Shown one piece after another: positions 1 to 9,934 of a stretch of DNA of 64,000 nucleotides. The translations under genes and the position numbers were made by a program. This DNA is from an uncultured delta proteobacterium. Lineage in GTDB: Bacteria; Myxococcota_A; Polyangia; Polyangiales; Polyangiaceae. The stretch lies in NCBI GenBank assembly GCA_963841435.1, contig CAWJCS010000003.1, positions 1,056,001 to 1,120,000 on the forward strand. The letters are read 5' to 3'. The notes beneath the pieces were generated by a model. The model had not been told where the DNA came from and did not search any database. It saw nothing but the letters and a program-made list of their open reading frames with translations. Numbering within the stretch: the first letter of the stretch is position 1; each line of letters starts with the position of its first letter.

Positions 1-210
1 CGTGACCGTCATGATCGCGATCGACACCATGAACCAGGTGAGACTGAAGCTCTCCTGCTGGTAACGCCGCTCGAGCTCCTCCTGCCGCGACAGCTGGCGC
101 TTGACCTCCTCGACCTTCGCACCGCAGGAGACGCAGCGGTTGTTCGCGAGCGGGGGAGTGTTTGCAAAGCCGCAGGAAGGGCAGAGGATCTTCTTCGTGG
201 GTGAGGCCAT
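1..210 (-). CDS. Zinc-ribbon membrane protein, partial (runs off the window start)
   Basis: Manual translation from ATG at 210: MASPTKKILCPSCGFANTPPLANNRCVSCGAK...SLTWFMVSIAIMTVT; two CxxC pairs followed by a hydrophobic segment. Confidence 0.75.
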   Translation of the reverse strand, partial: MASPTKKILCPSCGFANTPPLANNRCVSCGAKVEEVKRQLSRQEELERRYQQESFSLTWFMVSIAIMTVT

Positions 211-310
211 GCTCGACGCCTTCCGATGCTAACAACCCTTCCTGTAAAAGTCCCGTGATATGGTCCCCTGGCCGCGAAACACGCGGCCCCTGGCCGTTGT
301 CGGACCGGAC

Positions 311-1024
311 ATGGAGCTAGAGCCGCCTACATCGTCCCCCCCTACCGAGTCCGTGCCCCCGGGCGCGCCAAAAGAGCGCGTCGAAGCCTCGAGACCCCGG
401 GGCCCCGACCACGAGCTCGTCGGCCTGCCGGCCCCGCGTCGGCCCTGGCGCCGGGCCACCCTCGTCACGCTTTCGGCGGGAGCCCTCGCGTCGCTCGCGC
501 TCGCCGCCGCGGTGCTGCCCGACGTTCGCTACTCGCTCGGGGCGGGGTCGGCCCGCGACATCGGCGACCTCGCGCATGCGTCGCTCGGGCCCGACCTTCG
601 CGACGCTTGGGTCCGCGCCGAAGGCTCGCTCTCGGCAACCCAGGCGATTCGCTATAGCCGTCCGCTCGAGCGCGACTCCTACCGATTGGCGCAGGCGGGC
701 GACAACCCCCGCGTGTGGGTCCAGATCCGCGTGCCCGCCGGAGAGGAAGATCCACGCTTCGTGCCACCCGATTCGTTCGTCGGGCGCCTTTTGCCCGTCG
801 GGGAGCTCGGTCTGCGCCAGCGCGGGCTCGCCGAAGCCGTGGCAAGCACGGGGCTCGACCCGTTGCCGAACGACGCCTGGCTCTTGCTCGACGGTGAATC
901 GCCCGCCGCGACGCGCTGGGTGCTCGGCCTGCTCGGCCTGCTGCTCGGCTTCGCGGCGTTCAACGTCGCGGGCCTGGTTCGGCTGCTGCGTCCGATTCCG
1001 AACGTGCCCGGACCGAGCCCGTGA
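311..1024 (+). CDS. Hypothetical membrane protein (two TM segments)
   Basis: ORF 260..1024, likely ATG at 311; hydrophobic segments near both ends; stop overlaps thiO start (GTGA). Confidence 0.7.
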   Translation: MELEPPTSSPPTESVPPGAPKERVEASRPRGPDHELVGLPAPRRPWRRATLVTLSAGALASLALAAAVLPDVRYSLGAGSARDIGDLAHASLGPDLRDAWVRAEGSLSATQAIRYSRPLERDSYRLAQAGDNPRVWVQIRVPAGEEDPRFVPPDSFVGRLLPVGELGLRQRGLAEAVASTGLDPLPNDAWLLLDGESPAATRWVLGLLGLLLGFAAFNVAGLVRLLRPIPNVPGPSP

Positions 1025-2157
1025 CAGCGACGATCGTGATCGTCGGGGGCGGGGTGATGGGGTGCGCTTGCGCCTGGGAGCTCGCGAGGCAGGGCAAGCG
1101 CGTCGTCGTGCTCGAGCGCAGCGTGCCCGGCGCCGAGGCGTCGAGCGCGGCAGCCGGCATCCTCGGGGCGTCGGTCGAGATGCACGCCGACGGTCCGCTC
1201 GCGCGGCTCGCGCGCACGAGCCGCGCCCTTTACCCGCGCTGGGCGCGCGCGCTCGCGCGCGAGACGGACATCGACGTTGAGTTGCGCCCGTGCGGCGTCG
1301 TGCGTGTCGCGACGACCGAGCGCGAGCTAGCGCGCGTGGCACGCGCCGCAGCCTGGCAGTCGCCGCGCCCGAAGCTGCTCGACCGGCGCGCCCTCTCGCG
1401 GCGCGAGCCCCAGCTCGACCGGCGGCTGGCCGGGGGTGTCTTGTTCGCGGACGATGCGCGCATCGAGCCGCGCGCGCTGCTCGCCGCACTGCGCATCGCG
1501 GCGTCGCGCGCGGGCGCGACGTTCCGCTCGGGTGCCTACGTGCGCCGCGTGATCACGACGCGAGGACGAGCCAGCGGCGTCGCGCTCGACGACGGCAGCG
1601 TGGTGAGCGGCGAGCACGTCGTCGTCGCGGCCGGCAGCTGGACGACGCTAATAGACGGTGCGGGCTTGCCGCCCGGCAGCGTGGTGCCCGCGCGCGGGCA
1701 GATCGTCGTCGTCAAGGCCACCGAGCCGCCGCTCGCGGGCGTGGTCTTCGGACCACGGGCGTATCTCGTGCCGCGGGACGACGGCCGTGTTCTCGTCGGG
1801 TTGACGCTCGAGTTCGTGGGTTACCGGCGTGACGTCACGGCGGGCGCCGTGCGCGATCTGCTCGTCGCCGCCATCGAGCTCGTCCCGGCGCTCTCCGCCG
1901 CCAGCTTCTCCGACAGCTGGTCGAGCTTCCGCCCCTACACGAAAGACGAGCTACCCATCATCGGTGCGGCGTCCGTCGAGGGACTCTGGCTTGCCACCGG
2001 ACACCACCGCAACGGAATCCTCCTCGCGCCGGTGACCGCGGCGATCGTGTCGGCGCTGATTCGAGGTCGGCGACCGCCGCTGCCCATCGGACCGTTCGCG
2101 CCGCTCCGCGCGGCGCCCGCTCGACGCACACGCGCCCCCCGAAGTCCGCGGCAGTAG
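1021..2157 (+). CDS. thiO: Glycine oxidase (FAD-dependent, DAO family)
   Basis: GGGVMG dinucleotide-binding motif, ASSAAAGIL, PARGQ, ATGHHRNGILLAP. Confidence 0.85.
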   Translation: MTATIVIVGGGVMGCACAWELARQGKRVVVLERSVPGAEASSAAAGILGASVEMHADGPLARLARTSRALYPRWARALARETDIDVELRPCGVVRVATTERELARVARAAAWQSPRPKLLDRRALSRREPQLDRRLAGGVLFADDARIEPRALLAALRIAASRAGATFRSGAYVRRVITTRGRASGVALDDGSVVSGEHVVVAAGSWTTLIDGAGLPPGSVVPARGQIVVVKATEPPLAGVVFGPRAYLVPRDDGRVLVGLTLEFVGYRRDVTAGAVRDLLVAAIELVPALSAASFSDSWSSFRPYTKDELPIIGAASVEGLWLATGHHRNGILLAPVTAAIVSALIRGRRPPLPIGPFAPLRAAPARRTRAPRSPRQ

Positions 2158-2207
2158 CGTCGCGCCCGGCGGGAGCAGGGCGACGAGCCATGCTATGAAG
2201 ACGGGCG

Positions 2208-2819
2208 ATGCCCCTCGAGCTCGGCGTCCTGGTGTCGGGGAACGGCACCAATCTCCAGGCGATCCTCGACGCCGTGGAGCGCGGCGCGCTCGACGCGCGC
2301 GTGCGCTGCGTGATCTCGAACCGCACCGGCGCTCAGGCGCTCGAGCGCGCCGCGCGCGCCGGCGTGCCCGCCCTCGCCATCCCGCACACGAGCTTCGACA
2401 CGCGTGAGGCGTTCGATCGCGCGGTCGTGGCCGCGCTGCGCGAGCATTCCGTCGAGTGGGTGGCGCTCGCGGGCTTCATGCGCGTGCTCACGCCCGAGCT
2501 CTTGCGGGCGTTCCCTGGACGCATCATCAACATTCACCCCGCGTTGCTGCCCTCGTTCCGCGGCACGCACGCCATCCGGCAGGCCCTCGAGCACGGCGTG
2601 ACGATCACCGGCTGCACCGTGCACTTCGTCGACGAGGGCGTCGACACGGGCCCCATCATCGCGCAGCGCGCCGTGCCGGTCTTGCCCGGCGACGACGAGG
2701 CAAGCCTCACCGAGCGAATGCACGAGGCCGAGCACGAGCTCTACGTGAAGGTCCTTTCCGACCTGTCGCGCGGCGCGATTGCTCCGCGCGCGCTGGGGGC
2801 TCGCCGGGGCACTTCGTGA
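2208..2819 (+). CDS. purN: Phosphoribosylglycinamide formyltransferase
   Basis: SGNGTNLQA, LAGFMRVL, NIHPALLPSF, GCTVHFVDEGVDTGPII. Confidence 0.96.
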   Translation: MPLELGVLVSGNGTNLQAILDAVERGALDARVRCVISNRTGAQALERAARAGVPALAIPHTSFDTREAFDRAVVAALREHSVEWVALAGFMRVLTPELLRAFPGRIINIHPALLPSFRGTHAIRQALEHGVTITGCTVHFVDEGVDTGPIIAQRAVPVLPGDDEASLTERMHEAEHELYVKVLSDLSRGAIAPRALGARRGTS

Positions 2820-4382
2820 GCACGCGCTACTACGACGCCATCGTGCTCGGCCGTTCGCTCGGCAGCCTCGCGACGGCTGCGCTGCTCGCCCGCCGCGATT
2901 TCCGCGTGCTCTTGCTCGGCAACGGGCAGCGACCCTCGAGCTACCGTTTCGACGGCCGCTGGCTCGGACGGCGCACGTTCTCGTTGCTCTTCGGCGCGTC
3001 GCCGGTCTGGCGGCGCATCCTCCACGAGCTGGCGCAGAGCCCGCAATTTCGCCGGCGCGTCACGCCGCTCGATCCCATGTTCGCCGTGCTCGCAGGCGAG
3101 CACCGGATCGAGCTGCCGCCCGACGTTCGAGCGCTTCGGTCGCGAGATCGATCGCGAATTCCCCGAGGTGCGCCAGGTGGTGGACGAGCTCTACCGCACG
3201 ATCGCCGACGTCAACGGCGCGACGGACGCTGCGTTCGAGCGCGATGCCGTCTGGCCCCCCGGCACGCTGTGGGAGCGCCTCGAGACGAGCCAGGCGGCGG
3301 CGGCGCTGCCCTTCGAGCGCGGCGAGCGCGCCCCCGAGCTTTTCGCCAAGTTCCCGAGCGGCCACCCCTTCCGAGAGATCGTCGCGATTCCGGCGCAGTT
3401 CGGCAGCCACCTCGCGGCGAGCCTGTCCGAGCTGCCCGCGCTGTCCCTCGCGCGCCTGCACGGCGCGTGGGCGCGTGGCGTGGTCGCGCTCAAGGGCGGC
3501 GAGCAAGAGCTTTCGGCGTTCCTCATCGAGCGCATCGAGGCGCACGGCGGGGTCTGCCTGCTCGATCGAAGGGCCCAGTCGCTCGTCGTGCGCAACGGTT
3601 CCGCCGCCGGCGTCGTGCTCGACGGCGACGACGAGGTCACGGGAGCGAGCGCCGTCATCACCGATCAGTGGGGCGAATCGCTCGCGGAGCTTTCGGGCGG
3701 CGACGGTGTGACGCGCGCCGCTCAGCGCGAATGGCCGCGCCTGACGCCGGAAACGGGACGGTTCATCGTGACGATGGTGGTGCGGCGCGAAGCCCTGCCC
3801 GAGCCGCTACCCGAGGAAGTGTTCATCGCGCCACCAGGCTCGCCGCGCGACCCGCGGCGCCCCGTGCTCCACCTGCAGAGCGTTCTCCCCGCACCGCGCG
3901 CCGACGGTGCTCCCGACGAGAACGAAGCACTGCTCGTCGCCGAGTGCCTCGTGCCCACGCGAGGCGCACTCACGCTGCTCGAGGCGCGGCGCGCCGTCGT
4001 CGAGGTGCTAAAGAGCGAGCTCGTGTTTCTCGACGACCATTTGCTGGTCCTGGACTCGCCGCACGACGGGCTGCCACTCGAAGATCGGACGACGGGCACG
4101 GTCCGGGAGATCGACCGGTTGCACCTCGTGGGAGCCGCGCCGGGGGCGGAGCCGATGGAGCGACAGTACGCCGTTGACCCGCCGGGCTATCGCGGCCTGT
4201 CGGGCGAGCCCCTCCGGGGCCCGATTCCCGGGACGTTCCTGGTCGGGCCGACGGTCTTGCCCGCGCTCGGTCAGGAAGGCGAGCTCATGGCAGCCTGGAG
4301 CGTCGCGCGTCTCATCACGCGACGTGACCGCACCCGTCAGCGCATGCGGCAAAAGCTCTGGTCCAAGCTCGAGACCACGTGA
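2816..4382 (+). CDS. Phytoene-dehydrogenase-like FAD/NAD(P) oxidoreductase, frameshifted near 3126 (probable sequencing error)
   Basis: GTG at 2816 overlaps the purN stop; N-terminus YDAIVLGRSLGSLATAALLARR; removing one T at 3126-3127 joins it to ORF 3168..4382 (PDVERFGREIDREFPEVRQVV). Confidence 0.7.
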
Positions 4383-4951
4383 GCACCTCGCCGCGCGTGA
4401 TCGCCGGCCGCTTCCACGGACGCCCGCTGCGCGTTCCGCGCGGTCTTGCCACTCGTCCCACCGCCGCCCGCGTTCGAAAATCGCTGTTCGACATCCTCGG
4501 CAACCTCGAGGGGGCGCGCGTGCTCGACCTGTACGCCGGTTCGGGAGCGCTCGCGATCGAAGCGCTGTCACACGGCGCGTCGTTCGCGGCCCTCGTCGAG
4601 CGCGACCGGCGAGCGCTCGAATGCATCACGCAGAACCTCTCGCTCGTCGGCGCCACCGCGATGACACGCGTGCTCGGCGTCCCCGCGGAGCGCGCCGTCG
4701 AGCGCCTGCGAGGCGGTGCCCCGTTCGACGTGGTGCTCTCCGACCCGCCCTGGGACGCCGTCGAGGCGGCCCTCGAGGTGGTCGGCGGGCTCGTGGCCGC
4801 AGGGCTCCTCGCCGAGCGTGGCGTCGTAACGCTCGAGCACCGGAAGGACGCTCGGCCGCTTGCCCCTCCGGGGCTCGCCGCGTACGATCGACGGACGTTC
4901 GGGGACGCGGGCATCACCTTCTTCAGGCTCGTCTCGCACCCCGACGAGTGA
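4379..4951 (+). CDS. rsmD: 16S rRNA m2G966 methyltransferase
   Basis: RVIAGRFHGRPL, TRPTAARVRKSLF, LDLYAGSGALAIEALS, DPPW. Confidence 0.92.
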   Translation: MSTSPRVIAGRFHGRPLRVPRGLATRPTAARVRKSLFDILGNLEGARVLDLYAGSGALAIEALSHGASFAALVERDRRALECITQNLSLVGATAMTRVLGVPAERAVERLRGGAPFDVVLSDPPWDAVEAALEVVGGLVAAGLLAERGVVTLEHRKDARPLAPPGLAAYDRRTFGDAGITFFRLVSHPDE

Positions 4952-5043
4952 CGCCCCCATCCGGCCCACTGTCCGGGACGCCGCCGTGTTAGCGCTTCCG
5001 GCGGCAGCGCCACCACCGGTATATTCTTTCACGCTCGCGAGCC

Positions 5044-5628
5044 ATGACCACGTCCCTCCCCCCTCCGAAGTCAGGTAGCAGCAAGCCGTTCGCGATCGCC
5101 GCCCTGCTGATGCTGTTGCTGATGGGCGGGCTCGTCTACGTGAAGCTTTCCGGCTCAGACGAACCGAAGCCTGAGCCGGCGCCGCCGCGTTCCGCACCGA
5201 AGCCGGTCATTGACCAGGTGATCCCACCGCCCCCGCCACCTCCGGAGCCCCCGCCTTCCGCATCGGCGTCGGCACCGGTGAAGAAGTCGGCGCCGAAGAA
5301 CGATACGGGCTGCTCCACGTGCGGCAACTGCCAGGGCACCGAAGCAGGCGGCTTCCGCGGCGCGATCGCCGGACGCGCGGCACTTGCCCAGCGCTGCTAC
5401 GAGAAGGCGCTCGGGCAGCAGGAGCAGCTCACGGGCAAGCTCACCGTGGGGGTCTGCGTCGGCGTGGGAGGCCAGGTCTGCTCGGCCCGCATCGAGAAAG
5501 ACTCGCTCGGCAGCCCCCTGGTTGCCCAGTGCGTGCTGAACCTCTACCGGTCCGTGACGTTCCCCTCCCCGAAAAACGGTTGCGTTCAGGCTGCCGTTCC
5601 GCTGAACTTCATCCCACAGAAGCTATGA
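5044..5628 (+). CDS. Membrane-anchored Pro-rich protein with AgmX/PglI (TonB-C-like) C-terminal domain
   Basis: N-terminal TM, poly-Pro linker, CYEKAL...GKLTV...V..C...F P P...VPLNF pattern typical of myxobacterial AgmX/PglI C-terminal domains. Confidence 0.7.
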   Translation: MTTSLPPPKSGSSKPFAIAALLMLLLMGGLVYVKLSGSDEPKPEPAPPRSAPKPVIDQVIPPPPPPPEPPPSASASAPVKKSAPKNDTGCSTCGNCQGTEAGGFRGAIAGRAALAQRCYEKALGQQEQLTGKLTVGVCVGVGGQVCSARIEKDSLGSPLVAQCVLNLYRSVTFPSPKNGCVQAAVPLNFIPQKL

Positions 5629-5861
5629 GCGCCTCCCACCGCGTTCAGACCAGGTTGGTCCTGTCGCTCTGCCTCATCGGCTCGGGGAGCCTGTTGTTTT
5701 CGGCTTGCGGCGAGGACGGCGAGTCGCCGCTCTGCCCCGAGGTCCGCCGCTACGACGTTGCGAAGGCGGGCGAGCGCAACAGCCCGGAGGCCGCCGAGGA
5801 TCGCGCGGCCGCCATCGACGCGGGCTGCATGACCGCGCTCATGGACGCGAGCACCGACTGA
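5625..5861 (+). CDS. Small lipoprotein
   Basis: ATGA overlap with the upstream stop; hydrophobic signal ending LFSAC. Confidence 0.6.
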   Translation: MSASHRVQTRLVLSLCLIGSGSLLFSACGEDGESPLCPEVRRYDVAKAGERNSPEAAEDRAAAIDAGCMTALMDASTD

Positions 5862-5886
5862 GCGCCCCACGGAGCGCGGGAGCCGG

Positions 5887-6714
5887 GTGACGCCCGACGA
5901 AGCAACAGGCGCGGCATCCCACGGCGTATTGCTCACCGTGGCTTACGACGGCGCGAGCCTCGCCGGGTTCGCGCGTCAACCCAACGTGCGGACCGTCGCC
6001 GGCGAGCTCGACGGCGCCGTGCACAGCGTGGCGCCGCGCGCCAGCCTGGTGCGGGGCGCGAGTCGTACCGATGCGGGCGTGCACGCACGCGCACAGCGCG
6101 TGGCATTCGACGTCGACCAGCTCATCCCGACGCGTGGCTGGGTGAAGGCGCTCAACGCTGCACTGCCCCAGGAGATCGCGGTCACTCGGGCGGCGCGCGT
6201 CGAGCCGGGCTACGAGCCGCGCTTCAGAGCCATCGCCAAGGTGTACCGCTATCGGATCTTGGAGAGCCACGTGCCCGATCCGTTTTTGCGCGGCCGGGCC
6301 TGGCGCATCGGCGAGAGGTTGAACCACGAGGCGATGCGCGAAGCGGCGGCACCACTGGTCGGTGAGCACGATTTCCGGGCCTTTCGCGCCGCGGGCGACG
6401 AACGCACGGACACGGTGCGTCGCATCGTTCGCATCGAGCTCGCACGGTCGCAAACCGCCGATCCTCCACGCTGCGAGGTGGTCGTCGAAGGCAACCGCTT
6501 CCTCTACCGAATGGTCCGCATCATCGTCGGATCGCTGGTCGATGTCGGTCTCGGTCGCCTCGACGCGTCCCGGCTCACGCTCGCGCTCGCAGCGGGCGAT
6601 CGCGCGCTCCTCGGGCGCACCGCGCCTCCCGACGGGCTTTGCCTCGACCGGATCACGCTCGACGACGACGGCAGCGACCCGTGGCCGATTGACGAAGCAC
6701 CGTCCCTCGCGTAG
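5887..6714 (+). CDS. truA: tRNA pseudouridine(38-40) synthase
   Basis: VAYDG, ASRTDAGVHA, GEHDFRAF, FLYRMVRIIVG, TAPPDGL. Confidence 0.95.
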   Translation: MTPDEATGAASHGVLLTVAYDGASLAGFARQPNVRTVAGELDGAVHSVAPRASLVRGASRTDAGVHARAQRVAFDVDQLIPTRGWVKALNAALPQEIAVTRAARVEPGYEPRFRAIAKVYRYRILESHVPDPFLRGRAWRIGERLNHEAMREAAAPLVGEHDFRAFRAAGDERTDTVRRIVRIELARSQTADPPRCEVVVEGNRFLYRMVRIIVGSLVDVGLGRLDASRLTLALAAGDRALLGRTAPPDGLCLDRITLDDDGSDPWPIDEAPSLA

Positions 6715-6728
6715 CGTCCCGGCCACTC

Positions 6729-8273
6729 GTGGGCTTCCGCCAGCGAATTCTCGAACGAAGTCGGAAAGCGTTGCTTGGGCCCGCCGTCATGCGGTGGGTC
6801 TCCGACGATCGCGTGATGCGTGCGGCCGAAGGCCTGCTCGACGCGCGAACGCGCGTGCAGGCCGCCTGGACGGTGCTGAAGAACGGCCACGCCCTGCCGA
6901 ACATCGACCCCGCGCTCGACGAGACGATCGGCGAGCCCGGACCCGAGAAACCCGCGCCGGAAGTCGCGAAGGCACGCGCCAACGGCAACGGCGCCGCCCA
7001 CCCGACCCGCGGCTCCGACGACATGCACGAGTCGCTCAAGGAGCGCAACACGCTCGCGAGCATCGGGGGCAAGGACATCTTCGAGAAGTGCCGCAAGTTC
7101 ATGGCGGCGGACAACGCGCGCAAGATGGGGATCTACCCCTTCTTCCGCCCGCTCGATCTCAACGACGGGCCCGAGGCCGTGATCGACGGCCGGCGCGTGG
7201 TCATGCTCGGCTCGAACAACTACCTCGGCCTGACGACGCACCCCAAGGTGCGTGAAGCCGCCAAGCTCGCGATCGATCGCTTCGGGACGAGCATGACCGG
7301 CTCGCGCCTCGTCAACGGCTCGATGAAGCTGCACGAGGAGTTCGAGGCCAAGCTCGCCGCGTGGCTTGGCAAGGAATCGGCGCTCGTGTTCACCACGGGC
7401 TACCAGGTGAACCTCGCCACCTGCTCGGCGTTGCTCAGCAACAAAGCGAGCGTCGCCGTCATCGATCGCAACGTCCACGCCTCGCTCTACGACGGCGCTC
7501 GGCTGGGCCAGGCCGCCGGCGCACGGCTCGTTCGCTACCGCCACAACGACCCAGAGTCACTCGATAAGACGCTCGAGAAGCTCGAGGCCGAGGAAGGTGC
7601 GCTCGTCATCACGGACGGCGTGTTCAGCGCGGAAGGCGAGATCGCCAAGGTCGACGAGATCGTTCGCGTCGTGAAGGCGCACGGCGCGCGGTTGCTCGTC
7701 GATGACGCGCACGCGCTCGGAGTGATCGGCCCCGGCGGCCGCGGCACTTCGCACAGCTTCGGGGTCTCCGATCAGGTCGACCTCATCGGCGGCACATTCT
7801 CGAAGTCGCTCGCCAGTATCGGCGGCTGGCTCGTCGGCGAGCGCAAGGTGCTCGACTACATCCGTCACTTCGCGCCTTCGTTCATGTTCGCGGCCGCCGC
7901 AGCGCCGCCCTGCGTGGCCGCCGCGATGGCCGCCTTCGAGACCATGCAGGAGGAGCCCTGGCGCATCGAGAAGCTCCGGGAAAACTTCACTTACATGCGC
8001 GACGAGCTCAAGAAGCTGGGCTTCGAGCTCGGCCACACGCAAACCGCCGTGATCCCGATCTACGTTCGCCAGGATCTTCGCACGATCATGATGTGGCGCG
8101 ACCTGCTCGAGGAGCACGGCATCTACACGAACCCCTTCATCTCGCCCGGCGTGCCGCCGAAGAGCGCGATGCTGCGCACTAGCTACATGGCGACGCACGA
8201 GCGTCCGCAGCTCGATCGCGCCCTCGAGGCGTTTCGCGTGGTCGGCAAGAAGTACGGTGTGATTTCGGGCTGA
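6729..8273 (+). CDS. spt: PLP-dependent alpha-oxoamine synthase, probably serine palmitoyltransferase, with a ~100-aa N-terminal extension
   Basis: YPFFRPL, GSNNYLGL, TGSRLVNG, HASLYDG, DDAH, GTFSKS (PLP Lys); motifs resemble Spt more than BioF/Kbl; clustered with bCerS/CerR-like genes. Confidence 0.8.
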   Translation: MGFRQRILERSRKALLGPAVMRWVSDDRVMRAAEGLLDARTRVQAAWTVLKNGHALPNIDPALDETIGEPGPEKPAPEVAKARANGNGAAHPTRGSDDMHESLKERNTLASIGGKDIFEKCRKFMAADNARKMGIYPFFRPLDLNDGPEAVIDGRRVVMLGSNNYLGLTTHPKVREAAKLAIDRFGTSMTGSRLVNGSMKLHEEFEAKLAAWLGKESALVFTTGYQVNLATCSALLSNKASVAVIDRNVHASLYDGARLGQAAGARLVRYRHNDPESLDKTLEKLEAEEGALVITDGVFSAEGEIAKVDEIVRVVKAHGARLLVDDAHALGVIGPGGRGTSHSFGVSDQVDLIGGTFSKSLASIGGWLVGERKVLDYIRHFAPSFMFAAAAAPPCVAAAMAAFETMQEEPWRIEKLRENFTYMRDELKKLGFELGHTQTAVIPIYVRQDLRTIMMWRDLLEEHGIYTNPFISPGVPPKSAMLRTSYMATHERPQLDRALEAFRVVGKKYGVISG

Positions 8274-8295
8274 GCCTCGGAGTCGGAGGGAGACC

Positions 8296-9030
8296 ATGGT
8301 GCGCGGCGCGCTGGTCGGGCTGTTGGGTGCGGCGCTCCTCGCCGGCTGCCAAGCGACGCTGCCGAGCTGCGACGCCGAGGTCGAGGCACCCCACGTCGAT
8401 TACGCGCTCGTCGAGTACCGCCTGAACGAGGAGACGGGCGCGCGGTGTACGAGCTCGAGCGCGAAAAGAGCCTTTCCACCTACGTCGCTGCCAAGGAGCT
8501 CGGAGCCGAAGTCGTGTTCGTCTTCAACCACCTCGAGACGGCGAACGTCACGGCAGGCTCGAGCAAGCTCGCGACCAGCAAGGTCTACCAGTCGGACGAG
8601 CACGGAGCGCGCGGCGCGCCACTTTCGCTCGACGACCAAACCCGCTCCGCATTCGTCGCGTCCACGCGCGAGGCCGCCGCCAAGTCCGTCGAGCCCGGGC
8701 GCGTCGTCGCCTTGAGCGCGGTGCTCGACTGTACGGCGATCGCCACGAGCACGGGCGAGAGCATCTGGTTTTACCGACGAACCGTCGCGAGACCGACCGA
8801 GGCGAAGCAGGGCCTGCGGCTGCTCTTCGGACGAAAGCCGGGCGGCGACTGGACACCCGCGGCGCCGGTCGAGCCCGCCGCCATCGACCAGACGGCGCCG
8901 CCCGAGGGCACGTTCGACTCCGAGCCCCGGCGACGCCTACGCCGAGGAACGGCTCGAGCTCGTTCGCAAGGGGGCGGAGCACTTCGTCGGCGCGTTCCGG
9001 AGCGGAGCGCTCCAGGAGGAGGGAGGGTGA
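8296..9030 (+). CDS. Hypothetical lipoprotein, two apparent frameshifts (~8440 and ~8913)
   Basis: GGAGG RBS and LLAGC lipobox; continues in the 8445 frame; removing one T at 8913-8914 gives EGTSTPSPGDAYAEERLELVRKGAEHFVGAFRSGALQEEGG* ending at 9030. Confidence 0.6.
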
Positions 9031-9809
9031 CCCGCGTCGCTGCCGTCGCGGCCGCGGCATGCCTCGCCGCCATGATGACGGGCGCGCCTGCCCATGCGCA
9101 GAGCGCACCGGCACCGGGTGCAGAGCTGCCGCCACTGCCACCGCCTCCGCCTCCGCCTCCGCCTCCGCCGCCCCCCGCCGCCGAGAGCCCCGGCGATTCG
9201 CCGCCGCCCGCCGCTCTGCCCAATGCCGGGCTCCAGGCTACGCCCGCTCCCCCCGTCGACGGCGCCGCTTTCCCGGTGACGCTGTCGCCGTCGGCCCCCG
9301 ACCTTGCCTGGTACCTGCCTCCCGAAGGCGAGCGCTTCGTGCCACCCCAGGCCCCCGAGCGCCGCTGGCTGGCTCACTTCGTCGCCGCCGCGCGCTTTCG
9401 CGCCATGTACATGCTCGACGCGCAGCAAGTGGAGGTCGAAGCATCGGCACGCGCCGGCATCGAGGCGATCGCCGGCGTGCTCGGCGTGGTCACGGTCGAC
9501 GGCGATCCGGTGCCGCTCGCTGGCATCGAGGCACTCGGCTACTTCGGCGTCGACGCGTTCGACGAGAACGGCTTTTTGGGTCAGGTGCTCTTGCCGAGCA
9601 TCGAGCTTTCGCTCGCTTTCGATCGCCGCTGGGTCATGCGCGCAGGCAGCGGCATCTCCGGTTTCCGTCTCACGAAGTGCCTGGGGTCGATGAGCCTGGT
9701 CGGGCAGCTGCGTATCCCGATTATCGACGTCTGGGCCGTGCCCGATAGGGACTTTCGCGACCCCCTGGTGTCGCTCGGCACGATGCTCGAGCTCGGCATG
9801 GCGCTCTGA
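9027..9809 (+). CDS. Secreted Pro-rich hypothetical protein, possibly outer-membrane beta-strand-rich
   Basis: GTG at 9027 after a GGAGG-rich RBS; signal peptide ending AHA-Q; poly-Pro linker; amphipathic C-terminus. Confidence 0.6.
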   Translation: MTRVAAVAAAACLAAMMTGAPAHAQSAPAPGAELPPLPPPPPPPPPPPPPAAESPGDSPPPAALPNAGLQATPAPPVDGAAFPVTLSPSAPDLAWYLPPEGERFVPPQAPERRWLAHFVAAARFRAMYMLDAQQVEVEASARAGIEAIAGVLGVVTVDGDPVPLAGIEALGYFGVDAFDENGFLGQVLLPSIELSLAFDRRWVMRAGSGISGFRLTKCLGSMSLVGQLRIPIIDVWAVPDRDFRDPLVSLGTMLELGMAL

Positions 9810-9934
9810 CGCCGCCTCCTCGGCGTCTTTGCGCGAACCCTCGTGCGAAAGAGCCCACGCACGACCGACGATCGAGCGCACGGCGCGTCCGCTCGATTGA
9901 CGCGGCCCTGGCCAGGGACTACGCCCCGGGCCTC

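Noticed and set aside
6729-8273. Annotation as BioF or Kbl
   Set aside because: Motifs (TGSRxxNG, GTFSKS, YPFFR) and bCerS/CerR-like neighbours favour Spt; no biotin genes nearby
9130-9180. CCGCCT tandem repeat as a contingency locus or CRISPR-like repeat
   Set aside because: In-frame hexamer encoding a poly-Pro linker; no spacers or cas genes
8445-9809. Single 454-aa ORF
   Set aside because: Better explained as the frameshifted tail of a lipoprotein plus a separate gene starting at GTG 9027 with its own RBS and signal peptide
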